Positions 36,948-47,084 of a stretch of 64,000 nt of DNA are shown piece by piece (within the stretch, counting starts at the first letter, position 1; each line of letters opens with the position of its first letter). The notes under the pieces are model-generated. The model ran no database searches, had not been told where the DNA came from, and saw nothing but the letters and a program-made list of their open reading frames with translations. A program made the translations under genes and the position numbers. This DNA comes from a virus. The stretch lies in the IMG/VR virus record IMGVR_UViG_3300034066_002191; one strand, given 5' to 3'.

Positions 36948-39405
36948 CTGCTATTATACGAAGATCTTTGATTCTTGGTGGATATGTTTGATTAGTAGAG
37001 GTTCCTATTATTTTTATGCTGAATGTGTTAAATGGACCTATAGATTCTGCTGTATATTCATAATCAATGAAAGGAGTATCGGGAGAACTTTCTGATATCA
37101 GTATGTCCGTCTTAACTATTTTTTTGTCTGGTAATCCATCACTGTTTGCTGGATTTATTGTAATTCCATCATTCAGATTTGCATATCCAGGGAAGGGAAA
37201 ATAATTTAATTTTAAATTATTTTGATTTGATACAGAATATAATAATCTTATGTCACTATAGACATTGACATAAGCTGATAAAATCACTTTTAAACTTTGA
37301 GCTGGATTTTCCAAATATATTGGCTTAGTAGCATAAACAAATGTAGATGGGTCACCATCTAAATTAGAAACTCTATCATCTGTAGAAAAATTGTCTATTT
37401 TTTTATCAATTCTATTTGAAGTAAGGACAACTGAAGTTCTATCTAAAGCAGAAATTACAGGAGACAACCTATTATCAGTAGAACTAAGAGTCATATTTAA
37501 ATTAAATGATTTATTTCCCGGCAAGGAGGATAATTTTTGATTTTCATTTAGAGTAGAGCATATTACTCTTTGCGAACTTAAATAATTTGTTGAATTCAAA
37601 TTTATAGATTCGAATCCTTGATCTACAAATGGAGCTTCAGTTCCATCTATACTTTTCCCACTTACTGTTCTTATTGTAGATGAAATTTCTGTTCTTGGTG
37701 GAGAAAAGCTCTGTATGTTTGGAATTATTATACTATACTGTATATTTTTTGTAGCTGTGACTTGTATTCCGCCAGTGGATTTTGTTTCTTTGATGTAAAG
37801 GGGACTGATTGTAGTTCTATCTTTTCCTTTTGATGCATTAACTGCTAATTTTAAATTATAATAATCTAAACCTATTGGATCTGAAATTGTTGCATCAGAA
37901 AGATTGTGGGTAGTATTGATCCTTCTTAATGATATTCCATTCAATTCGTATTTGTATACCGAAACTCCCAACTCATATGTGCCTCTTTTTGTTGAATCTA
38001 TTCCTCTTGTAATTCCTCTTAGGATATTACCGCTTACTTCATTATAAGATATTATTTCATTTCCAATTAAAATATACCCCAAATTATCTGAACTAACCGG
38101 AAGTCCCTCAAAGGTAGAAAAAATTGATCCATTTGCCAATAATATATCATCAGTTGATGTTTCGGTATAGGCATTTGATAATAAAGTTGTTGGGGTAATG
38201 TCAGAACTAACATTGGATATCTTCACTACATCTGCTCCAGAATGCATACCATGATTGTAATGGTTTACTTTTATGTGTTTTCCGTCACTTATTTCTGTTG
38301 GCGCAAAAGACAATAAAACATTAGATCCATTTCCATTTAAGTCTGTAGTAATTCCAATATTGTTGGTATATCTTATTGTTTTTCCTACGCCGGTCTCAAA
38401 ATTTCCTTGTACCTGATCTAGTATCAATTCGTTATAAGCTGAAATATTTGAAACAGATAGTTTAATATTTCTTCCTAATTTATTAGTTCCTGGTGGATTT
38501 ATCGTAAGTAAATCTCCTATTTTATATCCAACTCCACCAGAAAAAATAGTTGCACCAGAAGAAACGACGGATCCATTTGATATTGTTATATTTACTGTAG
38601 CATTTTGTCCAGTTCCGGTCAAACTTATTAAAGAAATATTTGAGTAATATCCGTTTTCGTATGATTCTCCATCATCAATTATTGTTAAATTACCAAAAGC
38701 CGATCCGCCATATCCAACAAAATTTCCAGTTGCATTAGTTGTCGATTGTGTGACAGTATTTCCAAATGTTAACCCAGAATCTGATACTGTCTTAGATAGT
38801 CCAACTTTAATTTTTTTTGAATTAAATTCCAAAGGATTTTTTAATAATTTTGATATATTTTCTCCTCCATCTAAATCTGAATTGTAAAAATTTACAGTAC
38901 CAGAATCAAAAGTGTTAAAATTGGCTCTTTTTAGTGTATACTTTAAATCATCATATTGGCTGGCAGTCCAAGTCGATCCACTCTGCGACAAAAACAATGA
39001 CCCAGAATCTGGTTGTTTACTTACAAAAACTTGTCTAGAGTTTACATTATTGTAACTTTGTGCATCTAATTCCCCCAATCTGGAAACCCAAACTCTATAA
39101 TCTGGTGAGTTTGAGATTACAACTATAGAGTGATAAGTTCCTCCAGACAAGTATACTGGAGATGGAAATTTAAATGTCGTTGGTATCGTAGAATTTTCTG
39201 AAATTGCGACCTCATTTGAATATAATGTCACTTCACTTTCTGGATACACTATTGTATCTGGAATTCCCAATTTCATGGGCCTAAGTTGGACAGTTACTGA
39301 TTGAGATACATCTTTAGAATAAAAATACAAATCAACAGAAGTTGCAAATATCCCAGTTTCTGGAACAACATAAAATGATTGGGCTAAAGGACTTCTAATT
39401 TCCAT
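36940..39405 (-). CDS. Virion structural protein, C-terminal part of a DUF4815/VrlC-like protein
   Basis: Starts at PLAQSF, has GSLFLSQ..STW...Q..DLKY, ends PPRIKDLRIIAVA; own late-promoter-like AATAAATA at 39424-31. Confidence 0.82.
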   Translation of the reverse strand: MEIRSPLAQSFYVVPETGIFATSVDLYFYSKDVSQSVTVQLRPMKLGIPDTIVYPESEVTLYSNEVAISENSTIPTTFKFPSPVYLSGGTYHSIVVISNSPDYRVWVSRLGELDAQSYNNVNSRQVFVSKQPDSGSLFLSQSGSTWTASQYDDLKYTLKRANFNTFDSGTVNFYNSDLDGGENISKLLKNPLEFNSKKIKVGLSKTVSDSGLTFGNTVTQSTTNATGNFVGYGGSAFGNLTIIDDGESYENGYYSNISLISLTGTGQNATVNITISNGSVVSSGATIFSGGVGYKIGDLLTINPPGTNKLGRNIKLSVSNISAYNELILDQVQGNFETGVGKTIRYTNNIGITTDLNGNGSNVLLSFAPTEISDGKHIKVNHYNHGMHSGADVVKISNVSSDITPTTLLSNAYTETSTDDILLANGSIFSTFEGLPVSSDNLGYILIGNEIISYNEVSGNILRGITRGIDSTKRGTYELGVSVYKYELNGISLRRINTTHNLSDATISDPIGLDYYNLKLAVNASKGKDRTTISPLYIKETKSTGGIQVTATKNIQYSIIIPNIQSFSPPRTEISSTIRTVSGKSIDGTEAPFVDQGFESINLNSTNYLSSQRVICSTLNENQKLSSLPGNKSFNLNMTLSSTDNRLSPVISALDRTSVVLTSNRIDKKIDNFSTDDRVSNLDGDPSTFVYATKPIYLENPAQSLKVILSAYVNVYSDIRLLYSVSNQNNLKLNYFPFPGYANLNDGITINPANSDGLPDKKIVKTDILISESSPDTPFIDYEYTAESIGPFNTFSIKIIGTSTNQTYPPRIKDLRIIAVA

Positions 39406-39446
39406 TTATATGATCTTTTTTTCTATTTATTACTAATGTAGATTTA

Positions 39447-39815
39447 TTAAGTAAAGTATTTGGCATTTTCTTCTCCATAATTTATAAAAATTTCTTCTCC
39501 TTTTTTTATTTTTTTTATGGAATAATGGGTAATAGTTTGTCTATTTTCATCTAATCTGAAATCTGCATTGGGAGAGTAACTATGATTATATAATCCAGAA
39601 CAACCAAAAGGCAAAATACAACTTAAATCAGAAAAATAATAAGTGTACTTATATGTAATTGAGTAACTACTTATTTCGCTACGAGGTACTATTATAAAAG
39701 GTGCTTCTTCTAATATTTCTTTTTCTTCTATATCTTCTGATGCAAAAACACCCCAACCATGTATTTCTGATTTTGTTATGATTAATTTTGTTGATGGAAT
39801 TAATATGTCTACCAT
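39447..39815 (-). CDS. SET-domain protein lysine methyltransferase
   Basis: IHGWGVFA (motif I), LYNHSYSPN (NHS motif), IKKGEEIFINYG (ELxxxY motif); 122 aa single domain. Confidence 0.9.
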   Translation of the reverse strand: MVDILIPSTKLIITKSEIHGWGVFASEDIEEKEILEEAPFIIVPRSEISSYSITYKYTYYFSDLSCILPFGCSGLYNHSYSPNADFRLDENRQTITHYSIKKIKKGEEIFINYGEENAKYFT

Positions 39816-39827
39816 TATATTTTTTTA

Positions 39828-42800
39828 TTATTTTTTGTTTGACATTGCGCCGCCACCGCCACCGCCGCCACCGCCGCCGCCGCCCATGCCGCCACCGCCG
39901 CCACCGCCGCCTGACGAACCGCCGCCGCCACCGCCGCCGCCACCGCCACCCATGCCGCCACCGCCGCCACCGCCTGACGAACCGCCACCGCCACCGCCGC
40001 CTGACGAACCGCCACCGCCACCGCCGCCTGACGAACCGCCACCGCCACCGCCGCCTGACGAACCGCCGCCGCCACCGCCGCCCATGCCGCCACCGCCGCC
40101 TGACGAACCACCGCCGCCACCGCCACCAGAAGACATGGAAGATCCAGGTCCAGGTACAACTGGAGCATCTAATTGTTTTTGTAATTGTCTAATTATTCTA
40201 TCTCCATCATTTTGTGGTATATGACCACTTGGAAGAGTATCTACATTTTTTACGCCTAATCTATTAGCTACTTGCTGTGCTGTAGTTACATTTGAATTTG
40301 GGCGGACATCCAAATATGCTTCAACTATTCTTCTTTGTGCTGCATTTGCATATACTGGCCCACCTTGATTTACAGCTATTATTCTTTGTGGTTGGGGTTC
40401 TTGTGGTTGTTGTGGCGTTGGACCTACGATTGGAATCTCTGGAATCACTGGAGTAATTGATTGTGTAGTCTGGGGAGTCGATTGTGGGAAACTATAATTA
40501 TATACTGTTGGTAACGGTGGAGGAATCTCTGGGGCATAGCTAGGAGGACTCACAGAAAGAATAGCCTCTTCTACATTATTTAAAGTTCCCTGCGAATAAA
40601 ATTTCTCATAAGCATATGTAAACACTACTCCAGGAATAAGTGAATTGGTTGAGCTATTAGTCAACCTAAATGCCTTTTCACCGGAAGTAAATCTATCTCC
40701 AATTTGATTGATATTGTCTGTATTTGGTATTCTAAATGATCCAATTACAGTACCAGAGTCATCAGTAATTAATTTTATATCTTTAACTATTGCAGTGGCA
40801 TTACTGGTTTCTCCTATTAATTTCATTCCAATTTTTATATTTCCATAAAAATTGGATTGACCCTTATAAGAAAGACTAAAAGTATCAATATTTAATGTAC
40901 TTGAAGTAGTGGAATATACAGAAGGTATGATTTGATTTCTATCATAAGGATTTGTATTATATTTTTTAGTTGGATTATTATATGGGCCAATTTTATGATC
41001 TGGCGTACATAATCTAAACTTACCTCCATTTTCCGACTCATAATTTGATGACCTAAAATAATCTAAAATGATATTTACTGCTGCATTGTTTGATGTGGTA
41101 CTAATACCAATATTTGAATTTAAAGTTAAATTTTTTAAATCGGATATTGTTTCTATAGAGATTCCTTGTTGGCTCAATTTTTGCTTTAATATATCTGGAA
41201 CTGTTCCTATACTAGAAACCCAAGAACCAAAAGAATCTTCTATTTTTGCATTAACGGTCTCGCCTACTTGGAAAACTCCACTAGTCATTTGAATTTCAAC
41301 TAATTTTGGAATTATATGTCTATTTACATCTACATTATCAAAAAATGCATATAATCTAGTATAAGGCTTCATTCGTTCTGCTTTAAATTCTATATTCCTT
41401 CTTCTCATATAAGGAATTTGTTCTGTTGATATGAGATCTCTTGTCCACAAACTCCCTCCGTTCCATATTGGAGCAGAAAATCCGGTTTCTTCTGTATCTT
41501 CTGTTATTATAATTTGTTTTTGGGTCTCTGTTATAACTCCGTCTAAATCTATAAGATTAGTTTTTGTTTTTCTTTGGCTTATCCAAGTATCAGATGATGG
41601 ACTTAATGTTATTCCCCCGACATATTCTGATGTAGAGTACGAAGTAACTTCAGTTACTCTCGTAGAAAATGGTTGAGTATTTTCTACTACTTCGGAATAA
41701 TCCAATGTTATGACATTTCCAGTTTTCTTTATATTGCTAGAAATGAAATCATTTGAATAATTTATGTCTATACTTAAATCCTTATTTAATATTATGGAAG
41801 ATTCTCCCAGTATTAAGTCGCAATTAGTAGTATAATGTGTTGGCCTTAGTTCATTATTTGGTCTGTCTATACTATTTTTTACTATTGTATCTTTCTGTTG
41901 ATATAAAGTAGTACTAAAGTTGTCAACAAAAAAACCAGATTTGAATCTAGGATTCCCATTAGTGTCAAATATACCTAAATTTGCAGTTTCCTTTTCTAAC
42001 AAAGACAGAGTAGAGTAATATTCTAAATTTTCTACTCTAGTCTCTAACTTGCCAATATCGGCCATTGTGTATCTTTTGTATTCATTTCTAACTATCGAAA
42101 CATCACTAGCACTAAAAGTATATGCAGGAACATAAATTGTAGCTATTTCGATGGAATCATCTAAAGAATAAGGAAACTGAGTAGTCTCTGATGGTTCCCC
42201 ATATTTCAACTGGAATAGTGCATCTTTTGAGAGGAATATCTTATCTACTCTAGGAAGATAAAATGAATAAGATAAAGTAATGTTTTCATCTGATGCAAGA
42301 ATATATTTGGAAGAATTATTGTATGAGTCAGAAAAATTTCTTGCCAAAAATTCAAATGGTGATCTAGCCCCTTGTACTACTTGATATTCGGTTACTTTCG
42401 GTCTAATATCTATAATATCACTATTTCTTTCTTCGTTGATATTAGGTATTTCCGAATAATTATAATTTTGATATGAATTTACAGTTGTTATGTCTCCAGT
42501 GTCAGACAAAGAATGAGATGATGATTCAAAATAAATTTTTATTTTTCTTGTTGGTTCTTTGTATGATGTTTTTCTGATAATTCTTGAGTAGTCATATATT
42601 GAATTTCTTTGTCCATCATCTAAAATATAATTTGATGTTATATCTTTATCCCCAATAGTAGTTGAATTTACAGTAGCAGTTACTTGGGAAGAATCAAAGG
42701 TTATTGTCTCTCCACGAATAAATGAATTGGAATTTAAATATATGAATCCTATTGTCCCAAGATCAATTTTTTCTGCATAAATTCCAACCGCGTTGCTTAT

Positions 42801-45464
42801 CTCTCCGATAAAAATTTCTCCAAGTGAAATATCATTGGTACTCCCAGAAATACTGTTAATTTCTGCTAAAGTAATTTTTGGAGTTGTTGGATCTAAATTT
42901 AAATTTGTGCTATCTGATTTTTCAAATATCCCATAAATTTTAGTTACATCAGATTTTAACAGACATATTTCATCATCTTCAACTCTAGTTCCATATGGAT
43001 AGTTTCCATAAACTAATCCATTATTGATGGTAGTTTCTCCTATTCCAGATCCAATTAATCTAGATTTGTCTACTACAATTGATTTGATTTTGGATTTATT
43101 TTTTAATTTTGCTTCTACATTAGTTTTAGTTAGGGTGGCAATTAATTTAGCTGAGCCACTACTAGTGGACAATCCATTAAATTTTATTATAGATCCTCCA
43201 GAATTATTATATGTTATAGTATCAAATTTATCATTTGTTAAAACTTCTGTAAATCCATTTTCTGTTGTCAGTACATATCTCTCTTCATCAAACGGGAGGA
43301 ATCTTTCGTTTTGGTCAGCAGATATGTTTGCGGTAGAGTTTGATGTTATGGTCAAATCGAACTGTTTTTTTATAGTTAAACTAGAATTAGTTAAATCTAC
43401 ATTACTAATTACATTCTTTGGTAGTTTTGTGTAAAGATTTTCGTTGTCTGATGAATTTTTCTTCGTTCCAAGTAGTTTTAAATCAGTTACTTGTATATCG
43501 GTAGATGGTAATTGGGCGTCACATACTCCAGTTACAGTTGTCAATCCAGTTAAAGTAAGAGTAGTTGCAGTTATATTTGTTACTTTAGCATATGTGGGAT
43601 ATATTTTTCCTTGGGATGTATATGATACTAAATCATTATTTTTAACTATACCAGAAAATACTGGAATATTAGATTTTATAGTAGAAATACCTGAAGTAGA
43701 GTCTACTTTTGTAATCTCTACATTTGAAAATAATTTTTTCGTGTCTTGTACGGTATCTGCGCAGAAAGTATATGAAGTTCCCACTAATCCATATAAAGAC
43801 TTTACGCTATCTATTGTATAAGGTACTATCAATGTAGAAACTCTAGTATTTTCATTTTCTACATCATTAAAAACTAATTTTTCTCCAGGTATGAAATTGC
43901 CAGAAACATTATACGCAGTCAGTATACCAGAATTCGAAATACCGAATCTCAAAAATCCACTAGCACCACTAGATTTTCCTTTTATGTAAGATGGCGTGTT
44001 TAAGCTTAGATTTTCATTTATTGCTATTTCTGTATAAGTTTGTATATCATATAAAGATATATCCCATTGATTTGCGTTTGGCGTTAAAGAATCATAAGAC
44101 CCAGATTCTAAAGCAAAATCATAAACTCTAGCCATACCAATTTCCTTTCCGGCTGGAGAGGAAGAATTTATTCCTATTCTATCACTTCTTAGACTTAAAG
44201 TATAAGTAGAAAATCCTACAATCGGAGAGCCATATACTCTATTTAAAGTTAAATTCGATCCAGTATTATATACTACGCTTTGATTTTCTAATCTTTTAGT
44301 TGTTCTTGCCTTTTTGAAGTCTAAAAATACAGGAGAGACTACATCAACTTCATATCCTTTAATATATGCTTTTAAAGGAGAAATCTGATATGTACCTAAG
44401 GATTCATCTGGTATATTTTCATTGAATGTTATTTGGTTTTTATTATAGATACCACCATTTCCCAGTAAATTATTTAAGGTTTCTTTTGCTGTTATGGTTG
44501 GAGATTTGACATAATAATTTCCAGACTCATCATAAGTTCTTCTTGCTAATTCTTTTCCTAATTCATTTAAACGAGGATTTTGTTGTATACTTTGTATGAC
44601 TCCATTATTAATTTCTAATAACTTTATGAAATTATTTGGAAACTCTTCGTCAAGCCTTATTTTTGTTAATACAAGTGATATTCCAAGCCTATCTGCGCCA
44701 GGAGCCACATAGTTTGAAAATCCTTTGGCATTGTCATTTAAAAATTGATCTTCTTCTGATGTGATTATATCTTCTAGTACTTCAAATCCAACAATATAAC
44801 TCGGTGAATTGTTATACTGATCTAATATGATAAATTGTGGATCATTTTTTATAAAATATCCCCTTGCAAAATACACTCCAGAGTCAATTGACAACTGAGA
44901 ACCTACAGAATTGCAATTTCTATCTATAGTGGAAGCAAATGCTTCTCCTCTTCTTATTGTTAAAACTGTATCTTGATTTTCTCCTATAGTAAATACTGTG
45001 TCTTCTTCTAAAAGTAAATTTTCGCCATCAGAAAATCCAATATATTCAGAATTTGTGTAATCAGAATCAATGAAATTTACATAGATTGTTGTATTATTTC
45101 TTTCTGATTTCTGTGAGTTTATACAACTTATTACTTTTGCTCTTACTCCACTAGACTGACCAAATATAATTTTTCCTGGAATAGGACCAAAATATTCAAA
45201 TACATCTATGCCGTTAAAAGTATTTTTAAGTTCTACTGCATAATATCTATCATTATATGTAATATTTCCAGATATTACTGGACTTCCTTCTTGGAATGCC
45301 CATTGCCCAAACTGTTCAATTTGATTTTGAAGTATTGATTGTAGAGAGGTCAACTCTCTTGCTTGTATTGGATAACCAGGTTTAAATAATATCTTATGAT
45401 ATATATTATTCGGATTAAAATCGTCAAAATATGGATAAGTATTTAAATTAGTTTTTTGTGGCAT
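39828..45464 (-). CDS. Large virion structural protein, N-terminal part of a DUF4815/VrlC-like protein, ending in a poly-Gly tail
   Basis: YFDDF, PGYPIQARELT.LQS, APGADRL, LARRTYDESGNY, LEYYSTLSLLE, RFKSGFFVDNF. Confidence 0.88.
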   Translation of the reverse strand: MPQKTNLNTYPYFDDFNPNNIYHKILFKPGYPIQARELTSLQSILQNQIEQFGQWAFQEGSPVISGNITYNDRYYAVELKNTFNGIDVFEYFGPIPGKIIFGQSSGVRAKVISCINSQKSERNNTTIYVNFIDSDYTNSEYIGFSDGENLLLEEDTVFTIGENQDTVLTIRRGEAFASTIDRNCNSVGSQLSIDSGVYFARGYFIKNDPQFIILDQYNNSPSYIVGFEVLEDIITSEEDQFLNDNAKGFSNYVAPGADRLGISLVLTKIRLDEEFPNNFIKLLEINNGVIQSIQQNPRLNELGKELARRTYDESGNYYVKSPTITAKETLNNLLGNGGIYNKNQITFNENIPDESLGTYQISPLKAYIKGYEVDVVSPVFLDFKKARTTKRLENQSVVYNTGSNLTLNRVYGSPIVGFSTYTLSLRSDRIGINSSSPAGKEIGMARVYDFALESGSYDSLTPNANQWDISLYDIQTYTEIAINENLSLNTPSYIKGKSSGASGFLRFGISNSGILTAYNVSGNFIPGEKLVFNDVENENTRVSTLIVPYTIDSVKSLYGLVGTSYTFCADTVQDTKKLFSNVEITKVDSTSGISTIKSNIPVFSGIVKNNDLVSYTSQGKIYPTYAKVTNITATTLTLTGLTTVTGVCDAQLPSTDIQVTDLKLLGTKKNSSDNENLYTKLPKNVISNVDLTNSSLTIKKQFDLTITSNSTANISADQNERFLPFDEERYVLTTENGFTEVLTNDKFDTITYNNSGGSIIKFNGLSTSSGSAKLIATLTKTNVEAKLKNKSKIKSIVVDKSRLIGSGIGETTINNGLVYGNYPYGTRVEDDEICLLKSDVTKIYGIFEKSDSTNLNLDPTTPKITLAEINSISGSTNDISLGEIFIGEISNAVGIYAEKIDLGTIGFIYLNSNSFIRGETITFDSSQVTATVNSTTIGDKDITSNYILDDGQRNSIYDYSRIIRKTSYKEPTRKIKIYFESSSHSLSDTGDITTVNSYQNYNYSEIPNINEERNSDIIDIRPKVTEYQVVQGARSPFEFLARNFSDSYNNSSKYILASDENITLSYSFYLPRVDKIFLSKDALFQLKYGEPSETTQFPYSLDDSIEIATIYVPAYTFSASDVSIVRNEYKRYTMADIGKLETRVENLEYYSTLSLLEKETANLGIFDTNGNPRFKSGFFVDNFSTTLYQQKDTIVKNSIDRPNNELRPTHYTTNCDLILGESSIILNKDLSIDINYSNDFISSNIKKTGNVITLDYSEVVENTQPFSTRVTEVTSYSTSEYVGGITLSPSSDTWISQRKTKTNLIDLDGVITETQKQIIITEDTEETGFSAPIWNGGSLWTRDLISTEQIPYMRRRNIEFKAERMKPYTRLYAFFDNVDVNRHIIPKLVEIQMTSGVFQVGETVNAKIEDSFGSWVSSIGTVPDILKQKLSQQGISIETISDLKNLTLNSNIGISTTSNNAAVNIILDYFRSSNYESENGGKFRLCTPDHKIGPYNNPTKKYNTNPYDRNQIIPSVYSTTSSTLNIDTFSLSYKGQSNFYGNIKIGMKLIGETSNATAIVKDIKLITDDSGTVIGSFRIPNTDNINQIGDRFTSGEKAFRLTNSSTNSLIPGVVFTYAYEKFYSQGTLNNVEEAILSVSPPSYAPEIPPPLPTVYNYSFPQSTPQTTQSITPVIPEIPIVGPTPQQPQEPQPQRIIAVNQGGPVYANAAQRRIVEAYLDVRPNSNVTTAQQVANRLGVKNVDTLPSGHIPQNDGDRIIRQLQKQLDAPVVPGPGSSMSSGGGGGGGSSGGGGGMGGGGGGGSSGGGGGGGSSGGGGGGGSSGGGGGGGSSGGGGGGGMGGGGGGGGGGGSSGGGGGGGGMGGGGGGGGGGGGAMSNKK
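39847..40127. repeat. GC-rich (GGC/GGT)n repeat with 27-bp units, encoding Gly runs punctuated by SS or M
   Basis: Repeated CCGCCACCGCCACCGCCGCCTGACGAA on the plus strand within AT-rich flanks. Confidence 0.95.
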
Positions 45465-45479
45465 GATTATCCTAATATA

Positions 45480-47063
45480 TTAAAACTGTAAGATTACTTT
45501 TACATCTTCTTTTTGGTTAGAAGATCTTGTTATTCCTGGTCTGTGGTCCACATAGATAATGTCACCAGAGTTTGGCTTTACTTCTGGAAAAGATACTCCA
45601 GAAGTAAATCTTTGTCCAAGGTTATAATTAACATTATTTATTACTGTTGTTATTCCAGTATATCCATTATCTATTTTTAATGTTAGAGGGAATCCAGTAA
45701 TATCCAATGAACCGCCAGCCAAAATACTACTAGTAAACTGTATTTTTTCATTTCCGTATGTGGAAATATTTTCTGGTTTCCTGTTTCCATTACTATCGTA
45801 TTCTCCACCCAAGTTAAATCCATATAATGATCTATCTTGCCAATATTTCAATACTCCAGTTTTATTATCATAAGATATAACTTTTCCGACAGCTGTGATT
45901 CCAGTTCCAACTGTTTGTGTTATGATAGAATCCGGCTCTATCACTAGTCCTTTGTAATCATCAATTACATTTTTTCCAATTAGCTTTAGTGCATAAGTTG
46001 CACTTGCTCTATCTTTGTCTAAAACTATATTAGAATTATAATCTAATGGATTATTTACTATTCCAATTCTAGATATTTGATTTCCAGTGATAAAATCTGG
46101 ATTTGTTTGATCATTTTCAAATCTGGAATATATTAACAAATTATATGCGCCCAATTCCCTATAAATGTCATACCCATGACCATTTTTTGGTGGAATAATT
46201 ACATCAAATTTTGGTAATGACGCTCCAGTTGGGAAGGCAATGCCACTTACATCTACTGTTCCATATGTATAATTACTTCCGCCATTTGTCACGACTACCG
46301 AAGACACTCTTTCATCATTGCCGACAACAATACTTACTCTTCCACCAGAGCCATCACCCAAAATGGGAATATTAGTGTAAATATTTGGCCCCCCTAAAGT
46401 TTGCCCAAAATTTCTAATTACTACTACTTTTATCTGACCACTTTCTATGGCATTGTTTCTTATCAATTGGTATTTTGTGGATGTTTCCCAATCGGAAGGG
46501 ACAGGAATATAATTAAGTGAATCAAATTTTATTACATCATCTATATTTAATGTGTAAAGATATTTCCAAATGTATCCATCTTCGGTCACTTTTGGCTCAA
46601 GGTCGGTAAAATTTGGCTCAATCAATGATGGGACACCTTCAAAATTATTATCAGATGATGCTCCATTAAACAGACAAATGTATACTTTGTAATCAGTATT
46701 TAATATATAAAAATTCGATTGGTATAAATTTGGCTTCTCTGATGGATTTGATAAATTGTTTCTGCTTATATCATGCCTATACATGTCATAAGTCGATCCA
46801 GAAGACCAAACATTTTTTTTGATGACATGCCTTACATCAGAATCCGGATTTATCCTTTTTAAGGATATCATATTTTCCCAGCAATCATTCTCATCATCAA
46901 ATGAGTCTTTTGGTGGTAATGGACTAGAATCCCAATTTACATCATATTCTGTTTGATTTGGTAACCCAACAAAAGTATATAATTTATTTTCACCGGATTT
47001 TAGTGAATTTACAAAACTTTTTGCGTTTAGTATTCTAATTTGATCCGTTATGATTGCTGACAT
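45480..47063 (-). CDS. gp8: Baseplate wedge subunit
   Basis: YDMYRHD, KVYICL.NG, DGYIWKYLY, SGDIIYVDHR..I.R...QKED; CATAAATA at 47082-89 upstream. Confidence 0.9.
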   Translation of the reverse strand: MSAIITDQIRILNAKSFVNSLKSGENKLYTFVGLPNQTEYDVNWDSSPLPPKDSFDDENDCWENMISLKRINPDSDVRHVIKKNVWSSGSTYDMYRHDISRNNLSNPSEKPNLYQSNFYILNTDYKVYICLFNGASSDNNFEGVPSLIEPNFTDLEPKVTEDGYIWKYLYTLNIDDVIKFDSLNYIPVPSDWETSTKYQLIRNNAIESGQIKVVVIRNFGQTLGGPNIYTNIPILGDGSGGRVSIVVGNDERVSSVVVTNGGSNYTYGTVDVSGIAFPTGASLPKFDVIIPPKNGHGYDIYRELGAYNLLIYSRFENDQTNPDFITGNQISRIGIVNNPLDYNSNIVLDKDRASATYALKLIGKNVIDDYKGLVIEPDSIITQTVGTGITAVGKVISYDNKTGVLKYWQDRSLYGFNLGGEYDSNGNRKPENISTYGNEKIQFTSSILAGGSLDITGFPLTLKIDNGYTGITTVINNVNYNLGQRFTSGVSFPEVKPNSGDIIYVDHRPGITRSSNQKEDVKVILQF

Positions 47064-47084
47064 TTATCTTGTTTTTGATACTAT

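Noticed and set aside
39813-39830. Readthrough fusion of the DUF4815-like protein to SET
   Set aside because: In frame, but blocked by two consecutive TAA codons.
39778-40224. Poly-Pro, Arg/His-rich and Ala-rich ORFs
   Set aside because: Alternative frames of the stop-free GGC/GGT repeat; the Gly frame is continuous with the 1878-aa gene.
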